NCBI GenBank assembly: GCA_965233865.1
Contig: OZ247587.1
Span: 160,001-224,000, forward strand
DNA from: Candidatus Neptunichlamydia sp.
GTDB lineage: Bacteria > Chlamydiota > Chlamydiia > Chlamydiales > Simkaniaceae
Length of the DNA: 64,000 nt
Direction: 5' to 3'
The position numbers were made by a program, and so were the translations under genes. How positions within the stretch are numbered: position 1 is the stretch's first letter; the number at the start of each line of letters is the position of its first letter. Below the pieces are notes generated by a model that was not told where the DNA came from, ran no database searches, and worked only from the letters and a program-made list of their open reading frames with translations. This document shows positions 10,963 to 23,086 of the stretch, piece by piece.

Positions 10963-11787
10963 ATGAGCCGAGATATTTTTCGACATGATACGATAGAAAA
11001 GCTTTCCTCACCAACGCAACTGAGCAAGTTGCTTGTTGTTGTTCGTCTTCGAGGATGGGTTGTTCTTTTTTCTTTATGCGCAATACTCGTTGCAATAGTT
11101 ACATGGTCTGTATTAGGACAGATTCCTATCATTACGACAGGCCAAGGAATCCTCCTTGCACCTGAAGCACAATTTGCAATGAAGAGTCCTTCTGACGGTG
11201 TCGTGAATCAAGTGTTTGTCAAAGTGGAGCAGGAAGTCCCAGCAGGGATCCCTCTAATGGAGCTTAGCAGTGGTCTCAAAATTTTAGCGCCTCACAGTGG
11301 AAAAATTTTTCAGATTGATGCTGACCAAGGGGAAGCTGTAAAAGTTGGAGAGGTCCTTATATGGTTTCAAACAGAAGTATTTCCCAATCAATTAGAGGTG
11401 TACGGATTCATTCCCACCCAGGTGGGAGAAAGAATTGAAGTCGGGATGCAGGTGACTGTTGATCTTAATGCTGTCGACACGCAGAAGTATGGGCAGCTTG
11501 TGGGAAAAGTTAAAAAAGTTAAACAGGTCGCTCCCTATGCTATTTCGGCGACTTCCGATCAACTTAAAGCCATCCCTTCTAAAAAGGCGCGAGAAGATCT
11601 AACTAAAGGAGCAACTGTAGAGCTAGTTATTATTCAGCCTAATCTTGATCCAAATAACAAATCAGGGGTTAGGTGGAGTTTTGGAAAAGGGCCTCCTGGC
11701 AGGCTAAATCCAGGTTCAACAGGGACGGTTCGTGTGACGATTGAGAACAAGCGGCCAATTTCCTACCTAATTCCCATCGTATCATGA
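10963..11787 (+). CDS. NHLP bacteriocin system secretion protein (HlyD/MFP)
   Basis: IFRHDTIEKLSSPTQL, one TM segment, lipoyl-like half motifs, C-terminal RPISYLIP. Confidence 0.88.
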   Translation: MSRDIFRHDTIEKLSSPTQLSKLLVVVRLRGWVVLFSLCAILVAIVTWSVLGQIPIITTGQGILLAPEAQFAMKSPSDGVVNQVFVKVEQEVPAGIPLMELSSGLKILAPHSGKIFQIDADQGEAVKVGEVLIWFQTEVFPNQLEVYGFIPTQVGERIEVGMQVTVDLNAVDTQKYGQLVGKVKKVKQVAPYAISATSDQLKAIPSKKAREDLTKGATVELVIIQPNLDPNNKSGVRWSFGKGPPGRLNPGSTGTVRVTIENKRPISYLIPIVS

Positions 11788-11797
11788 GGTATGAGTA

Positions 11798-14064
11798 GTG
11801 AAGCAGGCGATTCCTTGCCCGAGCAAATTATGGAGAGTCCACACCCCGACGGTGATTCAAATGGAAAATGTCGAATGTGGAGCGGCGTGCCTTTCGATGC
11901 TTCTTTCCTATTACGGAAAACATGTTCCATTGGAAGATCTACGAACCGAGTGCGGTGTTTCGAGGGATGGAAGTAATGCGCTTAACCTACTAAATGCAGC
12001 AAAAAAGTTTGGCTTAGAGGGAAAGGGACATCGAGAGGGACTTCAAGAGCTTTATGAAACCGATAAACCTGCGATTCTTTTTTGGGATTATAATCATTTT
12101 GTTGTTCTTGAGGGATTTGGAAAAAAATGCGTTTACCTTAATGATCCTGCTTTTGGACCCCGAAAAGTAACCTATGAAGAGTTTGATGAAGCCTATACAG
12201 GAGTTGTTCTGCATTTTCAGAGGAGCTCTTCATTTGAAAAAGGAGGGAAGCAACCCAGTGTTTTTGAGGACATGAAACATCGTTTTCGTGGAGTTAAAAG
12301 GACTCTTCTCTATGTCCTAATCGCAGGAATCTGTCTTCTCATTCCCGGTCTAGGAGTTCCCGTTTTTACACGAATTTTTATTGATAACATCTTAGTGACG
12401 AATGTCCTCTCATGGAAAGGACAGTTTTTATTTGCGATCTTTTGTGCTATGACCCTTGCAGGAATTTTAACCTGGCTTCAGCAATATTTCTTAAATCGCC
12501 TGAACGCAAAAATGGCAATTCATTTCTCAAGTGATTTTTTATGGCATATCCTGCGTCTTCCTGTTTCATTTTATTATCAGAGGTTTCCTGCGGAAATAGC
12601 AAACCGCGTAGGGCAAAATAATCTTGTTGTCCAGATGATGACTGAGACTCTAGCAACTCCTACTATCCAGATGATTTTGGTCATTTTCTACGGAATTGTG
12701 ATGTTCATGTATGATTTTTCTGTGGCGCTTATTGGAGTTTTGGCAGGTCTAGGGAGTCTTGTCGTGATGCGTTTGGTTCAAAGGTCGAGGACGGATACTT
12801 ATGCTCGTCTCCAAAAAGAGCAGTCAATTGTCACTGCAAATTCAGTCGGGGTGATTCAACAAATAGAGACTATTAAGGCCACAGGAACAGAAAGTGATGC
12901 ATTTGCTGCTTTTGCCGGATTTGATACGAGAAAAATCAATTCACTTCAGGAAATCAGTCGAAAAGATGCCATCCTAACGACCTCACCCATATTATTTCAG
13001 GGGATTGCCCAAGCGGCTCTTTTAGGGATTGGGGGATGGCGGACCATGCAGGGGAGTTTAACAATTGGGACTTTGATGGCTCTGCAGATGCTTTTGATTA
13101 GCTTCATTACTCCGGTTGTTAATTTTGTAAACTTTGGACAGACGATTCAATTTCTCAAGGTAGAGCTTATTCGTCTCAATGATGTTTTAAAGAATCCCAT
13201 TGACCGTATCTACTCTAAAAAAATGACTGAAAAATCAGATAACCCTAAACTTGATGGCTATTTAGAATTTAAGAATATCACCTTCGGATATAGTCCATTA
13301 GCACCTCCTCTAACCCTAAACTTGATGGCTATTTAGAATTTAAGAATATCACCTTCGGATATAGTCCATTAGCACCTCCTCTAATTGAAAAACTCAATAT
13401 CCAAATTCGCCCAGGACAGCGAGTGGCTCTTGTCGGTCCCTCAGGATGTGGCAAATCGACAATTTCAAAACTTTCGACAGGGCTCATTGAGCCTTGGGAA
13501 GGTGAGATCCTCTATGATGGGAAACCCATTATGGAGCAGTCTCAAGAGATCATGCAATGCTCGCTCACAAGCGTTGATCAAGAAATCTTCCTCTTTAGTG
13601 GATCGATTCGAGATAATATTACGCTGTGGGATACATCTGTTCCAGATGATGTATTGATCAAAGCGGCGCAAGATGCCTGCATTCATAACGATATTTTAGA
13701 GCGTCCTGAAGGGTATGATACTGAGCTCATCGAAGGAGGGAAGAACCTTAGTGGTGGGCAGCGGCAAAGAATAGAGCTTGCCCGTGCGCTTCTTGTAAGT
13801 CCTTCTATTGTAATTATGGATGAAGCCACAAGTGCCCTTGACTCTAGTACCGAGAAGCTCGTCATGAACCATATTCGAAAACGAGGATGTTCAGCGATTA
13901 TGGTTGCTCATCGATTGAGTACTATCCAAGACTGCGATGAAATCATTGTTCTTGAGAGTGGAAAGGTAGTTGAAAGAGGAACGCATGAAGAACTAAAGAA
14001 ATTGGGTGGGATCTATAATCAACTCATTGAGAGTGAGACGGGGGATAATGGAAGCCTTGTTTAA
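11798..14064 (+). pseudogene. NHLP export ABC transporter (C39 peptidase/permease/ATPase), frameshifted
   Basis: QMENVECGAACL and HFVV peptidase motifs; ATPase part at 13423..14064 (GPSGCGKST, LSGGQRQR); frame broken by a 71-bp tandem duplication. Confidence 0.9.
13240..13381 (+). repeat. Perfect 71-bp tandem duplication
   Basis: TAACCCTAAAC...GCACCTCCTC at 13240-13310 and again at 13311-13381. Confidence 0.95.
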
Positions 14065-16921
14065 AGAACATGGGGAGAAGGTTGAGGCTCCAGCGAATTT
14101 CCGACTCTCTCTCCAAAAAAAAGGAACGGTTTGGCTTCTAGAAAAAGGAGCCATGATTCTTTTTGCTGTGCAAAAAAAAGAGGGTCATGAGGGTCGAAGA
14201 ACCCTCCTTTCAACCGTTCAATCAGGGCACCTTCTCTTCGATATGGAAGGGCAGGAAAACATTTCTTTTGAGATTTTTGCCTTCAGTGAAGAGCCTATTG
14301 TGATTTGGGAAATGAAAATGGATATTTTTGAAGGGAATCTTAAAAACTCTCTGCGCAATCAAGAGGCCTTTTCTCCACTTTTAGAACATTACTTGAATCA
14401 ATTTGGTCATTTTGTGTTTTCTCCGATTGAGCTTCGTCCCAAACATTGGATTTTTGAAGGAGGAATTGGGGTTGAAAAAGGGGAGACATTTACGATTAGA
14501 ATCAGTGAGGTTCCAACTGAGAAGGAGCGGGTGATTTGGCTCACTCCAAAAGGAGGGGAATACAAGCTTCTTGGCCCTCATGAGGTAAAGTTTTCTCAAA
14601 AGAACTTTCCTATTCTCCCTCATCTCTACTTTCTATCTCTAGAAAAAGTAAAATTGCAGGCAAAAAGCACTCCTGAAATTATCAACTCTGAATGTTGGCT
14701 AGAGGGACTTACCCATTTTCATCACTTTATAGGAAACTATCTTGTTTACAAAAGGGCTTTTTTGGATCGAGAAGAATTCAAACGTTTTAAGGAGAAAGAG
14801 AAACTTCAGGAGGAGACTCTTCATGAAACGCTAACCGAGATGATAGGGGTTCTTAAAACTAGCAAAGATGAAGAGATTGTGACCAGTACGAATCCACTTA
14901 CTCAAGCTGCTGAAATTGTCTTTAAAAAACAGGGGATTAAATTTACCGCTCCCAAAAAATCTTTGAAAGGGGATCTCAAAAATAAAGTAGCGAAAATTGC
15001 AGAAGGTTCCGAAGCTCGGATGAGGGGAGTGCGATTAGGACCTCTTCTTGCCTTCTATGGAAAAGAGCGTCACGCCGTTGCCCTGTATTTAAATCGATGG
15101 GGGAAGTATGAGATGATTGATCCAGTAAGAGGAAAAATACGAACAATTACAGGGAGCATTGCTCAAAATATTTCCTTGGATGCCTACAGTTTTTACAAGG
15201 CAATTCCAGATAAGATTCATAGTGGAAAAGAGGCCCTTCTTTATTACTTTAAGGAAAACAAAATGGAGTTCATTAAGCTCCTAGGGTATGGCCTAATTGC
15301 AGCAATTTTCTCTCTCTTCCCTCCTATTGGAATCTCTTTTATTTTTAACAGCGCTATTCCTAATGCCAATGTTGGCTTGCTCATACAGATCACTCTAGGG
15401 TTGATTACAGCGGCAGCAAGTGCGGCACTTTTTATCTATTTCCGCTCTCTTATTTTGGGGCGCATCGATGGAAAGTTAAGTTCCAGTTTGCAACCGGCCA
15501 TTTGGGATCGACTCTTGAAGCTTCCCGCGAATTTCTTTAAGCGCTTTACAGCAGGAGATCTTCTGCAACGAGCTATGACCATAGAGCAAATGAGACCCCT
15601 TCTAAGTAGCAACATTTCTCAAGCTATTTTGACAGGAATCTTTGCAATTCTCTATTTGGTTACCATGGTTATCTATTCGCCAAGACTTACCGTAATCGGC
15701 GTTATTCTCCTTATTGCTGCACTTTCTCTTACGGCTTTTCTAACTCGCTGGAAAATTGAAGTGCAGAAGAAAGTCTACGAGATACAAGGGGAAATCAATG
15801 GTGCTTTAGTACAAATCTTATCAGGTGTTGCAAAACTGCGTGTTGCAGGAGCTGAAAACAATGCCTTTTCTTACTGGGCTAGGCAATTCTCAAAATCAAA
15901 ATCTCTTGAAATGTCAGCCCAAAACATTCAGAACATTATCACAACCTGTATGGCAGCTTTTCCCCATTTATCGATCATTCTGATTTTTAGAGCTGTGATG
16001 AGGATGGAAGAGACAGAATCTCTTTCAATCGGGAGCTTTTTAGCCTTTAATACAGCCTATATGACCCTTTCGATGGCTGTATTTTCGATGAGTAGTATTG
16101 TTATGCAGGCGGCTGCCATTGTTTCTCTTTGGAAGCGGTCCCATGTGATCATCTAAGAGCCACAAGAGCTCCTTATTAAAAAATCAAATCCAGAAAAGCT
16201 CACAGGAGATATTCGCCTTGATCATGTAACCTTTGGCTATGAAGAAGAAGCTCCTTCGATCCTAAATGATGTTTCTATTCGACTTGCACCAAGGGAAATG
16301 ATTGGAATTGTAGGCCCTTCTGGAAGTGGGAAGTCCACGCTGATTCGAATGATTCTTGGCTTTGAAACACCTCGATCTGGTGCCGTCTATTTTAATGGGA
16401 AAGATCTCTCTCACCTCAATCTAAGTGAAGTGAGAAAACAGATGGGTGTTGTTCTCCAAGAAGGCGGAATTATTGCTGGAACCCTCTATCAAAACATTGT
16501 TGCGGGAGGACAGTATACAGAAGAAGAAATTGACCGAGCGATTACACTAGCTAGTTTTAAAAAGGACCTTCAAAACTTCCCCATGGGGCTCCATACCGTT
16601 GTACCTATGAATGGGGAAACCCTCTCTGGAGGGCAGAAACAACGGCTCCTTATTACGCGCGCACTTCTTCCAAATCCCAAGATCCTTCTGCTCGATGAAG
16701 CAACAAGTGCGCTTGATAACAACTCTCAAGAAGAAATCACCCAAAATATCGATCAGCTTAATATTTCACGCATCGTTATTGCCCATCGCCTTAGCACCAT
16801 CAAGAATGCCGATAGGATCTATGTACTTGAAAAAGGAAAGGTGACACAAACTGGCTCTTTCAAGAGCCTAAGCAACGAGCTGGGGCTTTTCGCCGAGATG
16901 CTTAAACGTCAGAAACTTTAA
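14048..16921 (+). pseudogene. NHLP export ABC transporter permease/ATPase with a premature stop
   Basis: TAA at 16154-16156; the same frame continues EPQE...GDIRLDHVTFGY...GPSGSGKST...LSGGQKQR. Confidence 0.9.
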
Positions 16922-17182
16922 TCAACACCACGAAGTGTGGAGAGCACTTGCTGCACATCATAAGGTTCTAATTGGAATCATCGTCCCTGTCTTTGACAGA
17001 AATCGCTTTGATAGAAACGACATTAAAGCAATTTTTCATGTGCAAAAGGAATTTTCCAATTATTCTACATAATAGATGTAAATTTATTATTTTACTTGGC
17101 ACTTGCAATAAATAATCTACTTTCATATTATAATGGCTAAAAGGCGATTAAAATCGTAATTTTACAAAGAAATAGGAGTTCA

Positions 17183-18628
17183 ATGACAGAGACCAATATC
17201 TTTAGAAAGAATAAGATTAACCTCGAAGATTATGATTATCAGAAAGATATTCAAAATCGTGTCTTGATGTCACACTTTTCTACTGAAGACCTAGAGGTCT
17301 TAGAAGAAATCGTTTACAGTTCTCAAAGAATTCCAATTAGTCGCCTTGTTAGTCAGCTCGATAAGAATTTAGATGAGCTGCAGTCTATCCTAGACAAACT
17401 GTCTAAAACTGATCTCTTTAAGATTGAAGAAAATACGGTTGTTGTCGATAAGGAAATGCGAAAATACTTTGAAACTCAGATTCAAAAATTTGAGGAAGAT
17501 TTTACACCTGGGATGGAGTTTCTGCAGGCACTCCTTAAGAAGGTACCGATTCATGTCCTACCGAATTGGTACCCAATCCCTCGAACGTCAAATAATATAT
17601 TTAACTCTCTAATTGAAAAATACCTAGAAACCCCCCAAACCTTTCAGAGGTATTTATCGGAACTAAATCTCGGAGATCCAGTGCTCAATGGAATCATTAC
17701 AGATCTATTTGGTGCCCCAGCTCACAAGATGTATTCTGATGATCTTCGGAAGAAATATGAGCTAACTGAAGAAGTTTTTGAAGAACACCTCCTCAATCTA
17801 GAATTTAATTTACTCTGCTGTCTTGTCTATGAAAAAAGTGGTGACGAATGGGTAGAAGTTGTCACTCTGTTTAAAGAGTGGAAGGATTACCTCAACTTCC
17901 TAAAGGAAAGCCAGCCCAAGGAGATTTCTGAAAAGGATCAGATCAATAGGACACGCCCCTATGATTTTTCTTTTGCCGAAGACCTATCAACCATTCTTGC
18001 GCTTTCTATGACCAAACCTCTATTTGCCCGTCTTGACCAAAACGAGGAGTGGGTTTTTGAAAAAAGCGCGGCTTCTCAAATCGTCAAACAGTGTAAAGGT
18101 TTTGATCTAAAGAGTGAAGAGGGACAAGCTCTCTTTAATGAATATATGGCACGAGCTCTTAACAAACTGCTCTTTCTAAAACTTGCACGGATTGAAAACA
18201 ATCAACTTCTTCCAGCAGAAGATGCTGAAGAGTGGCTCACCCTCCCTATTGAAAAACGAGCCCTCAATACCTATAAACAAACTCTAAGTAAATACACTTT
18301 CTCTGAATTTCCAAAAGAAATCTGCACAGAGCGTAACATTCACGAAATCGAAAAGAGCATCGGACGAATTATTGGTTCAGGATGGGTCCTTTTTGATGAA
18401 TTTTTGAAAGGTATTATCGCCCCTATTTCAGAAAACAGTAAAATTTCACTGAAAAAGACAGGCCGGTATTGGAAGTATTCTCTTCCTGATTACTCTGAAG
18501 AAGAGCTTACCTTGATCCGCAAGGTGATCTTTAATTGGCTTTTTGAAGGTGGAATCATCGCAAGCGGTTCGTTTAAAGGAAAAGGCTGTATCCGCATCAC
18601 TCCGCTTGGCCAATCGATGTTTGGGTAG
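17183..18628 (+). CDS. Conserved hypothetical protein, possible N-terminal winged helix
   Basis: 481 aa ORF with AGGAG RBS and an upstream TATAAT; last intact gene before the mobile region. Confidence 0.7.
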   Translation: MTETNIFRKNKINLEDYDYQKDIQNRVLMSHFSTEDLEVLEEIVYSSQRIPISRLVSQLDKNLDELQSILDKLSKTDLFKIEENTVVVDKEMRKYFETQIQKFEEDFTPGMEFLQALLKKVPIHVLPNWYPIPRTSNNIFNSLIEKYLETPQTFQRYLSELNLGDPVLNGIITDLFGAPAHKMYSDDLRKKYELTEEVFEEHLLNLEFNLLCCLVYEKSGDEWVEVVTLFKEWKDYLNFLKESQPKEISEKDQINRTRPYDFSFAEDLSTILALSMTKPLFARLDQNEEWVFEKSAASQIVKQCKGFDLKSEEGQALFNEYMARALNKLLFLKLARIENNQLLPAEDAEEWLTLPIEKRALNTYKQTLSKYTFSEFPKEICTERNIHEIEKSIGRIIGSGWVLFDEFLKGIIAPISENSKISLKKTGRYWKYSLPDYSEEELTLIRKVIFNWLFEGGIIASGSFKGKGCIRITPLGQSMFG

Positions 18629-18654
18629 AAAGCCCTAGTGTTTAGATAGTGTAG

Positions 18655-18860
18655 TCACGGGATTTCTACCCATAAAGCCAAACATCTGATCTGAACCGCA
18701 GCCAAGAAAGAGGATGTGTGCTTAGCATAGCGTGTAGCAATTCCTCTCCATTGCTTCAAATGTAAAAAAGCATTTTCTACAAGATGTCTCAATTTATAGA
18801 GATGCTTATCATAAGCTCTCTTGCTTTTCCTATTTTTTCTGGGAGGGATAACCGCCGGCC
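18655..18860 (-). pseudogene. IS5-family transposase C-terminal fragment
   Basis: IPPRKNRK..YDKHLYKLRHLVENAFLHLKQWRGIATRY. Confidence 0.8.
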
Positions 18861-18879
18861 AAATGTAATTTCGTGTTGA

Positions 18880-19298
18880 GCCCCCTTTTGTTCGAGCCAT
18901 ATCTTGATTGCCACCTTGTGCAAGAGATTTTCTCAGAGCTAACTCAAAGCCGTGTACTTTTTTTTAAGCCATTCCAGCTCCATTTTTAGCCTTCCAATTT
19001 GCTCAAATAACTCTCCTTTTTCCTGCTCCTCTTCCTTGGTAATCAAACGCTTATTGCTTTTCTCAAAAATTTAGGCTGCCGTGGCTTTAAAGTGTCTTTT
19101 CCACCCTCCAAGGACTAAAGGGTGAACTTCAAATTTTCCAGCAAGCTCTCCTGCTGTTTTCTCTCCTTTCAAAACTTCAAGCACCACCTTCAGCTTGAAT
19201 TCAGCGGAATATTTTTTTCTTGTTTTTGCCATTTCTGTTCTCTTTTTGCTCGGAGAAAACTAGCTTAGCAAGTGGCTCGAATTTCTGGGACCATTATA
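18880..19298 (-). mobile_element. IS3-family left-end fragment (orfA)
   Basis: Near-identical reverse complement of 57085-57360, including the TATAATGGTCCCAGA end and MAKTRKKYSAEFK; internal stop. Confidence 0.85.
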
Positions 19299-19330
19299 CC
19301 AGAAAACAGCCTGAATTACATGTACATTAA

Positions 19331-19942
<612 letters not shown>

Positions 19943-19948
19943 GAACAA

Positions 19949-20134
19949 CTACTTAAGATTGTTCCAGTTGTAAGAAGACTTCTGCCTATTCACAAAGCTA
20001 TGCATTTCGAGCATCATGTCTTTGCAATCATCAACGTCTGTGTCTGTTGATTGATCTTTTGGATCTACAGGTTCGTAGAGACCTTCCTCTACCTCACTAA
20101 AGAGAAGAAGATCGTTGCTGTTATTCTTAATCAT
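19949..20134 (-). CDS. Small hypothetical protein, paralog of 23087..23350
   Basis: Shared EEGLYEPVD..D.STDT..DD.KDMMLEMH.FVNRQKSS. Confidence 0.5.
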   Translation of the reverse strand: MIKNNSNDLLLFSEVEEGLYEPVDPKDQSTDTDVDDCKDMMLEMHSFVNRQKSSYNWNNLK

Positions 20135-20378
20135 GCCATCACCTTATGTTGAAGCATTAACGATAGCGCAAGAAAGGATTAAAGGAGATCCTAGATCTCA
20201 AAGGGACCCGAAATCTGAGCATAGCGGCAAAGGGGGGTGACCCCTAAAAAGCATTCTTTTTTTATTGTTGATCAAGCTGATTTACGCACGAATGGAATTT
20301 CCAAATTACGTGTTATTCATCTCATGATACACTCTCAGCAAAACACATAAAAAAATTTAAAAAATGCAAGAATTCATG

Positions 20379-20420
20379 CCACGATTCAGTACAAAATGTG
20401 TTATAATAGACACAAGGAGA
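20379..20420 (+). promoter_or_regulatory. Conserved promoter and RBS of RING cassette
   Basis: CCACGATTCAGTACAAAATGTGTTATAAT..AAGGAG (extended -10); similar at about 23530, 29536 and 34080. Confidence 0.6.
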
Positions 20421-20425
20421 ACAAG

Positions 20426-20848
20426 ATGAGCATATCAATCACACCTAAAAACAGCACTACTATTTCAACACAGACAATGTCGATTGATGAATTGTTAGAT
20501 GAACGCTTAAAAGAACGACAATCTAAAGCAGAAAGGATGATAGAAGAACTGAGACCACTTTGCGAAGAACTGCCTCTAGATGCATTGGATCCTGTAAGCA
20601 TGGAGCCTTTTAACGGGAAGAACATACCAATTGTTTACAGGTGTGGACATGTTTTCAATAAGTCAACAGTAAAAAAAATGATAGATCTTAGTGATCCAGC
20701 AAGGCTAGGGGATCTTGATTGCCCGGTATGTAAGCTTGTCTGTGGAAGAGTTCAGCTCCTTGATTGCATACCTTTAGAAGGACTTGTTGATCACATGGAA
20801 AAAATAACAAAAGTATTCAAGGAAAACACAGAAAATGAGCCCACATAA
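20426..20848 (+). CDS. RING/U-box-like protein 1
   Basis: Coiled coil plus LDPVSMEP..PIVYRCGHVF..CPVC. Confidence 0.8.
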   Translation: MSISITPKNSTTISTQTMSIDELLDERLKERQSKAERMIEELRPLCEELPLDALDPVSMEPFNGKNIPIVYRCGHVFNKSTVKKMIDLSDPARLGDLDCPVCKLVCGRVQLLDCIPLEGLVDHMEKITKVFKENTENEPT

Positions 20849-21090
20849 TCATCCAATGAATAGGTCCCAAAAAGCGGAAGCCTTATCAGCATTTAGAGCA
20901 ATGAGAGATGGTCCTGGAAAAGGGTACTCCCCAGGTTTCTATTTGGAGCTCAGTAAAAGGCGATGGGAAATTCTCAAAAAGCTGGTTAGAAGATGTGATG
21001 AAGACATTTCAAGGAATTCAAGAGAATGATGAAAGGGGAGAACAGATACAACCAACTAGGCTAGGCTATAACACAGCTTTTGCAGGTTAA
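20835..21090 (+). pseudogene. Chimeric partner remnant (5' end of partner-2 type joined to 3' end of partner 3)
   Basis: 20856-20942 matches 21562-21648; 20942-21090 matches 24821-24969; joined out of frame. Confidence 0.85.
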
Positions 21091-21107
21091 ACCCCAAGGA
21101 GAACAAT

Positions 21108-21569
21108 ATGTCAGCCATAGCAAGTATTCAGAACAACACTATTTACTTTGAACAGTTCGTCCGAGATCAACTCAAAACTCAAGAATTCGAAGCACGAGCA
21201 GAATTAAAAGATCGGGAAGTTGATGAAAGGAATCTGAAAGAGAAGAATGTTTTGAATAAAAGGTTTATTGAGGAGCTAAGACCTTTATGTGAAGAATTAC
21301 CTCCTGACGCCTTGGATCCTGTGACTATGGAGCCACTCTCAAGAGAAAACATTCCCATAGTATATAGATGTGGCCATGTCTTTAACAAAGAAACAATTAA
21401 AAATATTATTATATCGAACAAGCTTTTAAAAGGGTCTGATCTTAATTGCCCTGTTTGCAGATTAGTATGTGGGAGAATCCAACTCATTGACTGCATACCA
21501 CTAGAAGGGCTTGTTGAGCACATGGAAAAAATAACAAAAATATTTAAGGAAAATACAGAAAATGAATAG
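21108..21569 (+). CDS. RING/U-box-like protein 2
   Basis: LDPVTMEP..PIVYRCGHVF..CPVC; AGGAG RBS. Confidence 0.8.
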   Translation: MSAIASIQNNTIYFEQFVRDQLKTQEFEARAELKDREVDERNLKEKNVLNKRFIEELRPLCEELPPDALDPVTMEPLSRENIPIVYRCGHVFNKETIKNIIISNKLLKGSDLNCPVCRLVCGRIQLIDCIPLEGLVEHMEKITKIFKENTENE

Positions 21570-22896
21570 GTCTCAAAAAGCAGAAGAATTATCAGCATTT
21601 AGAGCAATGAGAGATGGTCCTGGAAAAGGGTACTCCCCAGGTTTCTATGATAGAAATACTTCCTTAGAGCAGTTTGAAGAGCTTCTTAGAGAGCAAGAAT
21701 TTCAGAGAAGGCGCCAAGATCGCATGCAAGAGCTTTATAAAAAATCAAACGGTGGGTTAGGTCCTATTCCAATAAATCCTCAAGAAGAGATTAATTATGC
21801 AGGTAGATTTTATAGAGAAGGGGGAAGAAGCCGAACCGATTTAACTGATATTGGGATTGAAGACGGCGCGAATTTTTTACCCTCTGCTAATAGAGCTGGA
21901 AGAGGATTCCTTGAGGTGGAGGATATAGGGGAACAGCCTCAGCATCAAACTGCACCAGAATCATATTTTCTAAAAGCACTAGATCAGCACCCAAATAAAA
22001 GATATGCAGAGTTTGCAAGAAGAGGAGAATCCATCCACCGCGGAATGCAAGACACCGTAAGTCAAAATAAGCAAAGCCTAAAAGACGATGGAAGGTATCT
22101 ATATTCCGGAGTTCCTGATGAAGCTTACTTTGCTGGTGATGAAGGAATAGACACTTCAGGGTGGAAGAAAAGAACTGATATTGAAGGGGCAACAGGAAGT
22201 CTGAGCAAGAAACTCGAAGATCCACATACGCTAACTAATCATTACTTTGGAAAAGGACCTACAGGTAAATCGGTTGCTGCAGGATATGCTTTTAAGGAAG
22301 ATCATGAAGAAGGTCGAATGCCTGGAAAAATCACAAGAACGCTACTGACAGAAAACCAGCAATCAAGAACAGAAAAGGACCCAAAGCAAGAAAATGCTGT
22401 GATGTATAAAGAATATCCAGGTCTTTATCAAGGACTCAGAAACCAACGAGATTCGTGGCTTCCCATATTGCAAGCAACCTACAAAGATGATTCTGCTGAA
22501 GTAGCTCGCCTTCTAAAAAAACAAAAAAGCTACCCAATTGGAGCAGATCAAATTGTGTATCCAGGCAAGAATTTTCGAGCTGGTAACTCAGCTACTATGA
22601 GGCAAATGCTTGAAACAGACGATGACCTATCAGATAAAGGTTTTCTTGATGCGCTTCTTGATTCTGCTGAGGAAGACGAAGCCTTAATAAAAAAGGCTCA
22701 AAAACCAACCCTAGGAGACGCTTTGTCTCTTTTTCCAACTCCAGGCAGTGCTTATCAATCTTTAGTAAGCAGGCATGATCCTATAGGAGGGAAAACTGGG
22801 AGTAAATTCCTTGATGCTGATTCAATTGCTGTCCCTAGATCATCAGAGTTTGATTATTTACAGAAAAAACCCAGAGGAAGAAGGGGTAGCTCCTAA
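21562..22896 (+). CDS. Partner 2: putative effector with ADP-ribosyltransferase-like motifs
   Basis: Overlaps the RING2 stop; LYSG..GAT..NHYF..AAGYA..P..ITRT..EKDP pattern. Confidence 0.55.
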   Translation: MNRSQKAEELSAFRAMRDGPGKGYSPGFYDRNTSLEQFEELLREQEFQRRRQDRMQELYKKSNGGLGPIPINPQEEINYAGRFYREGGRSRTDLTDIGIEDGANFLPSANRAGRGFLEVEDIGEQPQHQTAPESYFLKALDQHPNKRYAEFARRGESIHRGMQDTVSQNKQSLKDDGRYLYSGVPDEAYFAGDEGIDTSGWKKRTDIEGATGSLSKKLEDPHTLTNHYFGKGPTGKSVAAGYAFKEDHEEGRMPGKITRTLLTENQQSRTEKDPKQENAVMYKEYPGLYQGLRNQRDSWLPILQATYKDDSAEVARLLKKQKSYPIGADQIVYPGKNFRAGNSATMRQMLETDDDLSDKGFLDALLDSAEEDEALIKKAQKPTLGDALSLFPTPGSAYQSLVSRHDPIGGKTGSKFLDADSIAVPRSSEFDYLQKKPRGRRGSS

Positions 22897-22994
22897 AGAT
22901 TAACTAAACTAGTTTAAATTCACACAAAATCTAACTAAAAGCATTTAACAACGTTCAATCGTGTTTAATCACATTTTAAGAGACTTTTCACTCC

Positions 22995-23073
22995 CGCAAT
23001 GCTTGCTAGAGAGTTTGTCATAAGAAGAGAGACTGTCTATCAGTACCTTAGGATAGATGTAAATTCTACTTAA
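22995..23073 (+). pseudogene. Resolvase C-terminal HTH remnant
   Basis: Reads AMLAREFVIRRETVYQYLR; same position relative to the small minus ORF as tnpR at 19942. Confidence 0.55.
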
Positions 23074-23086
23074 GGTTATCCCAATT

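Noticed and set aside
20231..20245. GGGGGGTGACCCC (also at about 23381) as a Tn3 inverted repeat
   Set aside because: It lacks the 38-bp consensus ending in TAAG; it lies in a duplicated leader of unknown role.
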